A stretch of 64,000 nucleotides of DNA from an uncultured Phycisphaerales bacterium. Lineage in GTDB: Bacteria > Planctomycetota > B15-G4 > CAYZWU01. Every line of letters begins with the position of its first letter. Position 1 is the stretch's first letter. This document shows positions 8,907 through 19,900 of this stretch, one piece after another. A program made the position numbers and the translations under genes. The notes under the pieces are model-generated. The model was not told where the DNA came from, ran no database searches, and worked only from the letters and a program-made list of their open reading frames with translations. The DNA is taken from contig CAZUHB010000015.1 of NCBI GenBank assembly GCA_964620445.1, forward strand, positions 11,157 to 75,156, in the 5' to 3' direction.

Positions 8907-9297
8907 CGCAAAACCTCCAATGAAATCACGAATAAACTCGGATCTATGACGTTTGAGTACTGGATCCCGTAAGGCGAAGCCATTCCCTGCGCGCCGTCGC
9001 GCGCCGGCAGGTCCCGGCGGGGTACACCCTGTACGGACCAATGCCGGGGACTTCCTCAGTAGGAAACCGATCCCTGCTCACCCTGTGCCCGGATTTTCCC
9101 ATTTTGCCGGAGGCGACGCAATCCAAAAAGGGACGGCCGCAGCCGAACCGGCTTTGTCAACGCCCTTCGGGCCTTTCGAGGGAGGAAAAAACCGATCACA
9201 CGCTGCGGGTGTTGTGATATTGTGCTTCTAATCCGTCGGGCTGACGGGCGAACAGACACACCGCCCGTCGCCCGGCCACTTTGTTCACACCGTACCG

Positions 9298-10050
9298 GTG
9301 CCTGGAGGGATGCCCTTGATCGTCAACGCGCTCATCGCCGGAACGCAAAAGGGCGGCACCACGGCGCTGGCCGAATTTCTCTCCGAACATCCCCAGATCG
9401 GGATGCCCGACATCAAGGAGCTCCACTTCTTCAGAAAGGACGAATACTTCCGCCGCAGACCGGTGGACTACGGCGCCTACCACGAGCACTTCTTCCATGC
9501 CGACGAATTCAGGATCCTCTGCGACGCCACCCCGATCTACATGTACTGGAAGAGCGCGGCCGGACGGATCCGCGAATACAATCCCCGCATGAAACTGGTC
9601 TTCCTGCTGCGCCATCCGGTGGAGCGGGCCTATTCGCACTGGCAGATGATCGTCAAGTGGGGCATGGAGCCCTGGTCGTTCTCGAAAGCGATCCGATGGG
9701 AGGCGGTCCGCCGCGTCAGGGCGTTTCCGAAACAGAGCGTCTATTTCTCCTACGTGGACAGGGGATTCTACCACAGGCAGATCGTACGGATGTTGCGCTA
9801 CTTCCCCATGGAGCAGATGCTCTTTCTGAAGAACGAGGAACTGCGCGACAGCCACCCGGAAACGATCGGCCGCATCTGCGATTTCCTCGGCGTGGACAGG
9901 ATGAAGGAGACGGAGGCGCGGACCGTGTTCTCCAACGAGTACGCGCCCATGACCGGATCGGATCGGACCTACCTCCTGCGGAAATACGCGAAGGACACGG
10001 CCGCGCTGGAGAAACTGCTCGGCTGGGATTGCGCGGCGTGGAAAGAGTAG
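9298..10050 (+). CDS. Sulfotransferase-family protein (PAPS-dependent).
   Basis: 5'-PSB-like motif GTQKGGTTAL and 3'-PB-like motif LLRHPVERAYS. Size is about 250 aa. Confidence 0.7.
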   Translation: MPGGMPLIVNALIAGTQKGGTTALAEFLSEHPQIGMPDIKELHFFRKDEYFRRRPVDYGAYHEHFFHADEFRILCDATPIYMYWKSAAGRIREYNPRMKLVFLLRHPVERAYSHWQMIVKWGMEPWSFSKAIRWEAVRRVRAFPKQSVYFSYVDRGFYHRQIVRMLRYFPMEQMLFLKNEELRDSHPETIGRICDFLGVDRMKETEARTVFSNEYAPMTGSDRTYLLRKYAKDTAALEKLLGWDCAAWKE

Positions 10051-10057
10051 GGGAGCT

Positions 10058-11842
10058 CTATTCCTCCACGACGAGGGTCACCGCGGCCGAGGCCGCCTCG
10101 GGCAGATACCACTTGGTCGTGAATGTGAGATAGGCCATGTAGAAGGTCATCCCCACCAGCCCCGGATTGGCCGGAATCGCCAGAGCCGCATCGGCGTGGC
10201 CCGAGCCGTCGAGCTGGCCCGACCAGCCGGGAAAGTGGCCGGCCGTGTTCCGGAGCGTGTCATCCAGGCCGATGGGGAAGAAAAGGCCGTTCCCGAAGGT
10301 GAATCCCGTGTCGATGAGCGAGAGGCCGTTGACGTAGTACTGGTTCGCCCCCGCCGGATAGTCGAAGGAGAGGGCGAGGGTTTCGCCGGGCGACACGTGG
10401 CCGGTGACGGTGAGCGCCGGGCCCGAACCGAGCTGGGTCTCGAGCACCAACGATCTGTCGGCAGCGACATCGACGTTCACCGTGCGCGCCGAGTATCCCG
10501 TTGCCGAGAAGGTCACGTCATAGTTCCCGGGGGGCAGGAAGTAGTGGAAGCGCCCCTCGGGTCCGCCGCTCCGCCGCTTGTCGCCCGCCGTGTAGTTGAT
10601 CCCGGAGATCTCGATGTCGGCCACGAGCGGGTCGCCCGACGTCGTTTCGGTGACATGACCCTTGATCGGAATCTCGTGTTCGAGGAACCACTTGACCCCG
10701 GGCCAGACGAGCTGCGCCTCGTAGAGCGCGTCGTTGTAGGGCGGCTGGAAATCGAGGGCTGTCTCCGCGAGGAAGGCGAAGGTGCCGAACTCGTTCAACT
10801 GCCACTGGTAGTGCTCTCCCTCGGCCGACGCCTTGCGGATGTAACCGTAGTAGTTCATCTCCGAGGAGAGCTCGGTCGCCTCGGCCACGTAGTAGTTCTC
10901 GATCTCCGTGGGCAAGGCCGAGCTGAGATAGTAGGTGTACAGAACCTCGCGGCCGTAGTTGTGAAAGTCGAGCACCTTGGCGAAACGCCTGTTCTGGGAG
11001 AGGACGATCATGTTCCGCGTCTCCTGTTCCGATCCGGCCATCGGCCCCTTGTAGGTGTCGGAGCTCGGACTCGTGCTGCCGCCGTAGGGGCCGTTCCACC
11101 CGTAGGGGTAGTTGCGATTCAGGTCGACGCCGAAGTAGCCTCCCGGAAAGGGGGTGCGGTTCTTGCGCCAGTAATCGTAGACGTCGAAACAGTAGACATA
11201 GCCGTCGGGGTTCCAGACCGGCGAGATCCAGATCTCGTTGTTGTCCACGAGCGCGGTGATCTCCGGATCGGTGCCGTAGTTGTCGAGGAGCTGCTCGATG
11301 GCGTGGATGGCGAGCTCGGGAGTGGCGATCTCGCGGGCGTGGTGGCACGACACGATCATGATCGCCGGTTCGTCCTCGTCCTGGTCCACGTTGTCCGAGA
11401 TCTTGAGCGCGTAGATCGGCCGGTTTTCGTAGGTGTTTCCCACTCCGGTGAAGGCGCCCACATCGATGTTCCTCGCGATGGCGGGGTGGTTCGTTTCGAA
11501 ATCGGCCATGAGCTGCACGATGGCGGCATAGTCGCGGTAGCCGGGCGGAATGCTTCGCCCGGAGGAGGACCCGATGATCTTGGGATCGAGGCCCATCGCA
11601 TCGAGCTGCCGCAGCGCGGAGGGGGACACGACCAGTTCCACTGTACCGCTCCCGGCATCGTGTCCGGCAACGTCGAAGCCGAGACTCTCGAGGGAACGCA
11701 CCACTCCGGCGCTGTCCGGCGCCGTGATCTCGACGCGATGATGCAGGTCGTTCCTGGCGAAACCGTCCGGACCGGCGAAGGAGAGCAAAAGCAGCACGAG
11801 GATCGATGGAACGAGTCTTTCTGACATGATTCGGTTCCTCAC
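10058..11842 (-). CDS. Secreted zinc carboxypeptidase (peptidase M14) with a carboxypeptidase-regulatory-like beta-sandwich and the shared C-terminal domain.
   Basis: Signal peptide. M14 motifs HAREIATPE (HxxE zinc ligands) and NPDGY. A transthyretin-like segment reads KGHVTETTSGDPLVADIEISG. The C-terminal 100 aa are homologous to the C-termini of the C25 peptidase and the 48627-49859 protein. Confidence 0.85.
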   Translation of the reverse strand: MRNRIMSERLVPSILVLLLLSFAGPDGFARNDLHHRVEITAPDSAGVVRSLESLGFDVAGHDAGSGTVELVVSPSALRQLDAMGLDPKIIGSSSGRSIPPGYRDYAAIVQLMADFETNHPAIARNIDVGAFTGVGNTYENRPIYALKISDNVDQDEDEPAIMIVSCHHAREIATPELAIHAIEQLLDNYGTDPEITALVDNNEIWISPVWNPDGYVYCFDVYDYWRKNRTPFPGGYFGVDLNRNYPYGWNGPYGGSTSPSSDTYKGPMAGSEQETRNMIVLSQNRRFAKVLDFHNYGREVLYTYYLSSALPTEIENYYVAEATELSSEMNYYGYIRKASAEGEHYQWQLNEFGTFAFLAETALDFQPPYNDALYEAQLVWPGVKWFLEHEIPIKGHVTETTSGDPLVADIEISGINYTAGDKRRSGGPEGRFHYFLPPGNYDVTFSATGYSARTVNVDVAADRSLVLETQLGSGPALTVTGHVSPGETLALSFDYPAGANQYYVNGLSLIDTGFTFGNGLFFPIGLDDTLRNTAGHFPGWSGQLDGSGHADAALAIPANPGLVGMTFYMAYLTFTTKWYLPEAASAAVTLVVEE

Positions 11843-12089
11843 AGCGGATCGAGGTTTTCCTGTTCGGATGAAGGTGGCTGCAGGAGGGGGCGACGGCGCG
11901 CCGTTCGTCCTGTTAAACTATTAAGATAACCTAATTTGACGAGACCGCAATATCCGATATTTCCGCCCCGCCCCGGTTGCACACCGGGCGAAATGGATCT
12001 ATCCATCCTTCAAAAAGAAGTTTTCATTGATTAGAATTGCTCACTCGAAAAACGCAGTGCACCACGCAATCGAACCTCCTGGAGCGACG

Positions 12090-13328
12090 ATGATGCTCAA
12101 CTCATTATTTCGAACGGCGTTAGCAGGTCTTCTCTTCCTGTCTCCCTGCGGCCCGCCCCTTGCCGCCGAGGAGGAGATCCTCGAAAAGAAGGCATCCAGA
12201 ATCCACGACGCCGTACTCACGATCGACACCCACGTGGACACACCGATGCGGTTGACGGGGTCCGATTTCGACATCTCCCGCCGGCACGATCCGCGCAAGG
12301 GAGGCGGCAAAGTCGATCTTCCGCGGATGAAGGACGGGGGGCTCGACGCGGTCTTCTTCGCCGTGTTCATCGGCCAGGGGCCGCGCACCGCCGAGGGTAA
12401 CGAGAGGGCGAAGAAGGAGGCGCTCGAGACGCTCGAGGCCATTCACGAGGCCGTCAAGGCGAATCCGGCCCAGGCCGAGACCGCCCTGACCCCCGACGAC
12501 GCCTACAGGATCGAAAAGAAGCGCAAGCGCGCCATCTTCATCGGCATGGAAAACGGTTACCCCGTCGGCCGGGACCTGACGCTGATCCAGCGCTACTACC
12601 GCCTCGGCGTTCGCTACATCACCCTCTGTCACACGCGCAACAACGATATCTGCGATTCGTCGACCGACGAGGCCGAGCACCATGGTGTGAGCCTCTTCGG
12701 AAAAAAGGTGATCGAGGAGATGAACCGCCTCGGGATGCTGATCGACGTGTCGCACATCTCGGACGAGGCCTTCTACGATGTCCTGAAATATTCCAGGGCT
12801 CCCGTGTTCGCGTCCCACTCGTGCGCGCGGGCGATCTGCGACAACCCGAGAAACCTCGACGACGACATGCTCCGGAAGCTGGCCGAGAAGGGCGGCGTGG
12901 TCCAGATGTGCATCCTGAGCGCCTACGTCAAGACGCCGGCGCCCAATCCGGAGCGGGATGCGGCCTTGAAGGCGTTGAGGGCGAAGTACAGGAATTTCAG
13001 CGACCTCTCGGAGAAGGAAAAGAAAGCGGCACGCCAGGAGTGGGTCGCGCTGCAGGACAAGTACCCGCGCGACCTGGCCAACGTGTCCGACGTGGTCGAC
13101 CACATCGATCACATCGTCAAGGTCGTGGGGATCGACCACGTGGGCATCGGAACCGACTTCGACGGCGGGGGCGGCGTGGCCGACTGCTTCGACGTGAGCC
13201 AGCTCGGCAACATCACCCTCGAACTGGTGCGGCGCGGTTACACCGAGGATCAGATCCGCAAGATCTGGGGCGGGAATATCATGCGCGTTTTTCGCGCCGT
13301 CGAGAAGATCGCCGAGGAGATGGTCTAG
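12090..13328 (+). CDS. Membrane dipeptidase (peptidase M19, renal-dipeptidase family), secreted or lipoprotein.
   Basis: VLTIDTHVDTP matches the DxHxD metal motif. GIGTDFDGGGG matches the M19 signature GiGsDfDG. Signal peptide MMLNSLFRTALAGLLFLSPCG. Start 12090 with a ggag RBS. Confidence 0.8.
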   Translation: MMLNSLFRTALAGLLFLSPCGPPLAAEEEILEKKASRIHDAVLTIDTHVDTPMRLTGSDFDISRRHDPRKGGGKVDLPRMKDGGLDAVFFAVFIGQGPRTAEGNERAKKEALETLEAIHEAVKANPAQAETALTPDDAYRIEKKRKRAIFIGMENGYPVGRDLTLIQRYYRLGVRYITLCHTRNNDICDSSTDEAEHHGVSLFGKKVIEEMNRLGMLIDVSHISDEAFYDVLKYSRAPVFASHSCARAICDNPRNLDDDMLRKLAEKGGVVQMCILSAYVKTPAPNPERDAALKALRAKYRNFSDLSEKEKKAARQEWVALQDKYPRDLANVSDVVDHIDHIVKVVGIDHVGIGTDFDGGGGVADCFDVSQLGNITLELVRRGYTEDQIRKIWGGNIMRVFRAVEKIAEEMV

Positions 13329-13337
13329 CCGCGGCGC

Positions 13338-16055
13338 TCACAGTTCGTATTGCGCCTGGACCTCTTCCTGGGTCAGGACCTTGTTGTAGATCTTGACCTC
13401 GTCCAGAATCCCGTCGAAGTAGTCCGCCTTGCCCGTGCGCGTGCCGATCGACAGGACATCGGTGCCGGGATCGTTGTGCGGCCGGCTGTCGGAGGTGTCC
13501 AGTTCCCCGTTGATGTAGATCGCCTTCGTGCCGCCCGCGGCGTAGGTGCAGGCCACGTGGTACCACTCGTTGAAATCGAGCACCGTCGTGCCCGTCAACG
13601 TCTGCGTGCCTTTCACCCAGAGGTGATTCACCACGATATAGCCGTTGCCCGAGGTATTGGTCGACACCTCGTAGGCGTCGTCGCTTCCCAGGACCCTGTT
13701 CCTCACCCCGGTCACGGCGTTGGTCTTCATCCAGAACATGACCGTCCCCTGGGCCGGGGGATCGAAGGCGCCGCACTTGATGTAGTCGTTGAGACCGTCG
13801 AAACCGAGCGCCCACTTGAACTTGCCCGTCGTCCACGTGGGGGCGTTGAAGAGCGTTCCCTCGTGGTTCTTGCCCGACGAATCGCTCGTCTTGGTTCCCG
13901 TGCCCTCGTCGAACTTCCAGTAGCCGATCAGGTTGGCGTTGGCGAGCGCCTCGTCGTGGTAGTTGTAGATGTTGGCTTCCGTCCGATAGCCCGAATAGGC
14001 GGCATACCAGCTCTTGTAGCTCTTTCCCGAGCTCTCGGCCCACTCGGCGAAGTGATTGTAGGCGTCGAGGATTTCCTTGGTTTCGATGGGATACTCGAAG
14101 CTGACCGGCGTGGTCAGCGCCCAGGGCAGGTTCTTGGCGGTCTTGTAGTATCGCCCCTTCGACGGATCGCTGTCGTCGTTCCCGGTTCCGAACAGACCGG
14201 TATCGGCGAGATCGGTGGGCGCCTTGTCGGGCAGGTGGATCTCGTGGCCGCGCGTCTTGTTCACGATGAGAAAGCCGCCGTCGAGCGGACTGATCGTCGC
14301 GGCCTCCTCCGCGGTGAGGGGGCTGGTGAATTCGATGACGATGGTCAGGCTCTTCGGCTGCACGTAGCCGGCGCCGATCTCGGTGTTGACATAGTTTCCC
14401 TCGGAGCGGGGCATGAGGCTGCTCACATTGTCGCAGCCGATGACGACCGCCTTGGTCTGCCCCGCCTCGCACTTGTTCGAGGCGAGGGTGATGTAGTCGT
14501 AGGGCGGGGCGGACAGGCTCATGCCCGACACGTTCAACACCCTCGAGGGAGGGATGTCGAAGACCCATCCGAAACCGTTCTCGTAGAGCGCACCCACCCC
14601 CTGGATGATGAATGTTCCGATCAGCGAGACGATCCGGCCGTCGGCGTTCTTGATCTGCCTCAGCTGGTAGTCGAGCACGAGGTCGTTGAAGTCGTAGTCG
14701 CCCTTCTCCGGCCACTTGTCCTCGAAGGCGAGGGTGGCGAAGTTGCTGTCCGACGGGTAGTACTCGGCAAAGGCTCTGTCCGCGTCGTTGGGGAAGTCGT
14801 CGGAGCTGTCCGGAATGCCGTCGCTGTCCGTGTCGGTGCTTCCCTTGAAGACAAGGACGTCGTCGACGTACCACCCGGGATACCCTTGCGAGGCGGCATC
14901 CACCGTATCGAAGCGGAACCGGATGTTCACGGTCTGGCCGCTGTAGTCGCTCAGGCCGCAGTTGCTCGTGATCCACCCGCCGCTGCTGCCCGAGAGGGCG
15001 GTCTCCTCCGCCTCGAAGCTGGTCGTCCCCCGAAGTTCCGTCCACGACTGTCCGCCGTTGGTGCTGATCGCGACGAGGCAGAAGTCCCACCCGACCTCGG
15101 TATAGAAGTTCTCCTTGAAGGAGAGCGTGATCGGCGTCTCGGCGGGCAGCACGATCGACGGGCTGATGAGGGAGTTGTTGATCCTGTTCTGCGTGTTGTA
15201 GTTGGATGTGTCGTCGTCGCCGCACCACCAGGCCGTGGTGATCTGGCCGTCCCTGTCCTTCTCGGCCTGGTGCCAGAGGTCGTCGGTCTCGGACGTCGCC
15301 GTCGTCCACCCGTTGGTGCCGCTCTCCATGTCATCGAAGAAGATTGTCGTCTCCGACGAGCTCGCGTGGGCTTCCACGTTGTCCACCAGAAAGGCGACCT
15401 CGGTGGCGCTGTTGATCATCAGCTGGTCGAAGACGAGCCACAGCGAGAGCGGAGCGTTCGTGGGATCCCATCCCGGGTAGGAGATGTCGTCGGTGTAGAT
15501 CGAGAAGGAAACCCAGTCGGTCATGTACGAAAATCCGGTGTCGGCACCGTCGAGCACGGAGAGCTCCCATTCCTGCTGGGCGGAGATGAAGTTGATCGTG
15601 GAATAGGATCCGTCTCCCATGCCGTCCACGCTGATCGCCGCCAGAATCGGCTGCCCCGCCGAGGGAGCCTTGGCCACCGCCTCGAAGGGATTGGCGCAGG
15701 AAAAGAAAGGCAGGTTGTCGAAGAGGATCCTCACGTCGAAGGTGATCTCGTGGTAGCCGGACCAGTCGAAGGGCTCGGTCCAGAGGGTGTTGAAATCGGT
15801 GAAGTGGCTGGGCGGATAGTTCTCCCCCTGAATGAAGGCCATGTAGCTGCCCTCGGTGGGGGTGACGGAACCGAGGTTCCCGATCACCGAGTAATTCGCC
15901 AGATGGCCGGTGTTGTTGGCCGCCTGGTTCCATCCGGTGAAATCACCCGATTCGAATCCGCCATTGGTGATCTGCCCGAGGGCTCCCGGCGAGATGAACG
16001 CGGCCGCGAGAAGGGCGGCGGAGATCACGGTGATCGTCTTCTTGTCCCAATGCAT
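13338..16055 (-). CDS. Large secreted protein with an LruC-like domain (DUF4842) and a C-terminal LamG/concanavalin-like jellyroll.
   Basis: Signal peptide. The KGDYDFNDLVLDY motif is typical of LruC-domain proteins. The LamG-like C-terminus reads LIGYWKFDEGTG..FDGLNDYIKCGAF..VMFWMKTNA..YHVACTY. Confidence 0.65.
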   Translation of the reverse strand: MHWDKKTITVISAALLAAAFISPGALGQITNGGFESGDFTGWNQAANNTGHLANYSVIGNLGSVTPTEGSYMAFIQGENYPPSHFTDFNTLWTEPFDWSGYHEITFDVRILFDNLPFFSCANPFEAVAKAPSAGQPILAAISVDGMGDGSYSTINFISAQQEWELSVLDGADTGFSYMTDWVSFSIYTDDISYPGWDPTNAPLSLWLVFDQLMINSATEVAFLVDNVEAHASSSETTIFFDDMESGTNGWTTATSETDDLWHQAEKDRDGQITTAWWCGDDDTSNYNTQNRINNSLISPSIVLPAETPITLSFKENFYTEVGWDFCLVAISTNGGQSWTELRGTTSFEAEETALSGSSGGWITSNCGLSDYSGQTVNIRFRFDTVDAASQGYPGWYVDDVLVFKGSTDTDSDGIPDSSDDFPNDADRAFAEYYPSDSNFATLAFEDKWPEKGDYDFNDLVLDYQLRQIKNADGRIVSLIGTFIIQGVGALYENGFGWVFDIPPSRVLNVSGMSLSAPPYDYITLASNKCEAGQTKAVVIGCDNVSSLMPRSEGNYVNTEIGAGYVQPKSLTIVIEFTSPLTAEEAATISPLDGGFLIVNKTRGHEIHLPDKAPTDLADTGLFGTGNDDSDPSKGRYYKTAKNLPWALTTPVSFEYPIETKEILDAYNHFAEWAESSGKSYKSWYAAYSGYRTEANIYNYHDEALANANLIGYWKFDEGTGTKTSDSSGKNHEGTLFNAPTWTTGKFKWALGFDGLNDYIKCGAFDPPAQGTVMFWMKTNAVTGVRNRVLGSDDAYEVSTNTSGNGYIVVNHLWVKGTQTLTGTTVLDFNEWYHVACTYAAGGTKAIYINGELDTSDSRPHNDPGTDVLSIGTRTGKADYFDGILDEVKIYNKVLTQEEVQAQYEL

Positions 16056-16116
16056 CGTTATCTTTCCTCTCGGCTAGAACCATGTTCCGGTGCAACAGCC
16101 GCGCGGGGGACGGCCT

Positions 16117-16572
16117 TCAACTGTGCGCGGGCTGCGAGCCGGGTGTCGAGTAGGTGTACTCCGCCGCTCCCCCGACGATCCGGACGGAGACCACCTTGTA
16201 GTAGAGATCGGGGTGATTCGTCTTGACGTAGATCCTGGTCACGCGCGCGGCGACGGTGATCTCCTTCTCGTAGACACCCTGGGCGTCGGAGATCCCGGTG
16301 CAGACGAGGTTGCCGCCGTTGGTGGGATCGCCGTCGTAGATGTCGAACCGTGCGCCCTCGACGGGGCTCTCGGCCGAATCCAGGGCGGTGATCGTGACCG
16401 CCACGGCCTGTGTCATTCCGAAGTCGAAGTTGTCGCTGATGTCGAGTTCATCCATGTCCTGGGGGACGCTCGATCCGCTGTTGCCGCCCGAACCACCTCC
16501 TCCGCCGCAACCGGCAAGGAAGGTGAGCAACAAAGAGACGGCGAAGACCGTGCTGAAAGGATGGCGTTTCAT
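16117..16572 (-). CDS. Small lipoprotein.
   Basis: MKRHPFSTVFAVSLLLTFLAGCGGGGGSGG gives a lipobox LAGC followed by a Gly/Ser linker. It is transcribed with the upstream LruC/LamG gene. Confidence 0.5.
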   Translation of the reverse strand: MKRHPFSTVFAVSLLLTFLAGCGGGGGSGGNSGSSVPQDMDELDISDNFDFGMTQAVAVTITALDSAESPVEGARFDIYDGDPTNGGNLVCTGISDAQGVYEKEITVAARVTRIYVKTNHPDLYYKVVSVRIVGGAAEYTYSTPGSQPAHS

Positions 16573-16990
16573 TTCAATTCCCCGATAGGGTGTCGTCCAA
16601 GATCGGATCGGCCCGGGTGCACACAGACCTTTCATCGTGAAAATATCCCCGAATCCTTACGGTTTTGTAGGGCACCGCCCCTTTTTTCTTCTGGGGATCA
16701 GATCGCCTAACCGGTTTTTTGAAGAGCGCTAAGGCTCTTGCCTGCTCGGGACGGCGGCAGGTTCTCTTCAAAAAAAACGGCAATTCCCCAGGAGGGTGAT
16801 ACGGAAGAGGGGCGCGCGGCGCTCACAGTTCGGGAGAGCGATTTTTGAAGCCCGAATCGACGAGCCAGGTGTTATGATGGGGCCGTCACCCCCGCCAGGA
16901 ATATCCATGGGCACACCTTCCAACGAAAAAACGTTTCAGCTCCTGTCGCGCTTCGCGTGACGATGGGCCGAACGTGAACCAGCGGAGAGC

Positions 16991-19900
16991 TTGAAAATGA
17001 GCAAGGAAAGAATCCTTTTGGCCACGATCCTCCTCTGTGTGGCCGGCCTCGTTCTCGTCTTCTGCCTCTTTCTTGACGACGATCCGGACAAGGGCGCCGC
17101 ACCTGTCGATGGGCAGGAACGATCTGCGACCGACAGGGGTGCCGCGCCATCGGGGCCCGGTACCGATGGCGACCCAGCAGCCCCGGACGCCGCCGCCAGG
17201 GACCTGGAGAAGCTCGAGTCGACAGGCGCGCCCGGCCGCTCCAGCGAGGGTGTCATCACGGGCAGGGTGCTCAGCGAATTCGGCGCGCTCCTCGAGGGCG
17301 CGGTGATCGAACTCGGAAGCGGCTCGGGGGAAGTCATCGTCGGCGTGCGACCGAGCGGTGAGGAAGGATCGAAAGTACCAACCGTGGGAAAGCTCTCCTG
17401 CGCGAGCGATGCCGAGGGCCGGTTCCGCCTCGAGGGGGTTGGCGCCGCCGAGACCGTGAAGCTTCACCTGTCCCACTCCGATTATGTTCCCCGCTTCGTC
17501 AAGGTAAACGCCTTCGACGGGACGAGCCGCGACGTGGGGGACCTCGTTCTCGATCTGGGCGGCTCGATCTCCGGATTCATCTTGAACGAAGCGGGCGAGC
17601 GCCTGGAGGGCGCCGAGGTCCACGCACAGCCGACGAACATGGTGGGCGGGTCTTTTTTCTTCGACTTTTCGTCCATCAACCTCACGGGCAGAGACTGGAA
17701 AGCCACGACCGGCGCGGACGGGATCTACACGATCCGCGGGCTCCCGCCGGGGAATGCCAATCTGGCCGCTTCCCACGCCGATCATGCAAGGGCGAGGAAG
17801 ATGGGCGTCCCCGTGGAAAAGGGGGAAGAGACGGGCGGCATCGACATCGTCCTGCCCTGGGGACGGACCATCACCGGGATGGTGATGAACGCCGCCGGCG
17901 AGCCCGTTCCCGATGCGAAGGTCGCGGTGGTCAGGGATATCAAGATCAATCTCCAAAATCTGGGCGACCTGGAAAACCTCCCTTTCGAGGCCATGACGAG
18001 CCTCTCGCCCGCAAAGACCGACGCGGAGGGCCGGTTCCGGCTGGAAAACATTTCCGATGGGCTCTATGCGGTGACCGTGTCGGCCGAGACGTACATCGAG
18101 GCGGAGCAGAAAAAGGTGGAGGCCGGGACGGACGACCTGGTTTTCGTTCTGCGAAAGGGCGGCTGGGTCCTCGGCCGGGTGCTCGATGCGCGGACCGGCG
18201 AGGGGGTCCAGTATTATTCCATCACCGTGGACCAGGACGGAGCCGGCAAGGACTCCCACAAGATCCTGAGGGACAGGGCGATCGTTGCCGCGAAGGGCGA
18301 CATCATCGATCCGCTCGGCGCCTTCTGCGTGACAGGGCTCGGCAAGGAGGAATTCAGCATCAACATCGAATCGCACGGTTTCGCCGACGAGACGGTCTCC
18401 GGTCTCCGGGTCATTCCGGGCGAGGGGATGACGTGCGACATCGAGATCTGGAAGGAGTCGATCATTTCGGGACGCCTCCTCTCGGCCGGCGGTGAACCTG
18501 TTGCCAGCGGCAGGCTCCTGCTCGAGTCCCCCCCGGATACGACCGGCGAGATGCCCGATCCCGCCGATATCCAGGAAGCGTCCAACCTTCTACCCGGTAT
18601 CGAGGGTCTGGTGGACGCACTGAGCGACGACTGGGATACGGTGAAGATCTCGAGGAGCGCCGACGACGGCACCTTCGTTTTTCGCGGGGTCCGCGAGGGG
18701 GCCTACCGCGTCGTGGGGACCCACAGGTCGCACACCGATTCGGAGCCCCGGGAACTGACCCTGGCCAGGGGCGAGGTGCTCGACGATGTGGAGATTCGCC
18801 TCGGTCTGGCCGGCGCCATCGTGGGGACCGTCTATGCCGTGGACGGAACACCCCTGCCCGGGGCGCGGGTGCAGGCGAGCAGGGGGGGCGGACTTCTGGG
18901 CGCCATGTTGTCGGGAGGCACCGACCAACACAGCCCCTTCGGATCGACCACCGGGCGATCGGACAGCGAGGGCCGGTTCCGGATCAAGGGTCTGGCGCCG
19001 GGCTCCTACCAGGTGTGGATGGTCGGCCCGCAGGAGAGCGAGAGCCTGGGCGGCCTGGTCAATTCGAGCCTTTCCGGACTGATGGGCCAGGGAATGCCCG
19101 GCTCGGAGAGGGTGTACGTGAGGGCGGGCGAGGAGGTCGAGGTCGATCTGCAAGAAACAGTGAAGTGCCGGATCACCGGAACGGTGCGCGAGGCGGGCCG
19201 GCCCATTCCCGGTATGAAGGTCGATCTCTTCCAGGGCAACCTCGGATTCCTGGCGATCGTTCCCTTGAAGACGACGAAGACCGACAGGAAGGGCGTCTAT
19301 CTCTTCGACATGCTGGAGGAGGGGAACTACGATGTGCGTCTCCCCGTCAGCGGTCAGACCGAACCGATGAAGGAATCGGTCTCCGTCGGTCCGGGCCAGA
19401 CAGGGGCGGCGGACTTCGCCCTTCCCTCGGGCCGCGTCACCGGCCGGGTCACCGATATCGATGCGGGACGCCCCCTGGCCGGGATGAAGGTGTCCTTGAG
19501 GAGGATCGACGGAAAAGGCGGAGGGGGAGGGCTCTTCGGCGCGCTCGGCCTGGATTCGTCGAACATCAATGTGTCCGTGAACGACACCGAGGTGGACGGC
19601 GGCGATGAGCTTCTCGGGTTGCTGGGCCCCGCGCCGGTCCAGACCGGGAGCGACGGCCGCTTCGAGGTCCGCTTCGTGGACGAGGGCGAGTATGAGCTCA
19701 TCGTCAGGGGCAAGGGGTATATCGAGCAGAAGCGGAGCCCCGTCAAGGTCCTGGCCGACCGAGAGACAGGGGACCAGGATTTCCAGGTTGCGCGGGGCTG
19801 GTCGATCGCCGGCCGGGTGATCGGCGGCGAATCAGGGCAGGGGATCGAGTACTGCACCCTCACGATCGCGCGGATCGTCAAGGGAGAATCGGAGCCCGAA

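Noticed and set aside
16886-18376. Long antisense ORFs (16886-18376 -, 13350-16226 +, 13279-15309 -, 10196-11824 +, 12120-13139 -, 35433-38387 -, 54095-57715 -, 40664-41932 +, 42480-44453 +, 4039-5058 +, 5161-6201 +, 31124-31948 +, 58061-59401 - and others).
   Set aside because: They lie entirely inside better-supported genes on the opposite strand, have Arg/Gly/Pro-rich low-complexity translations typical of high-GC antisense frames, and lack domains or RBS.
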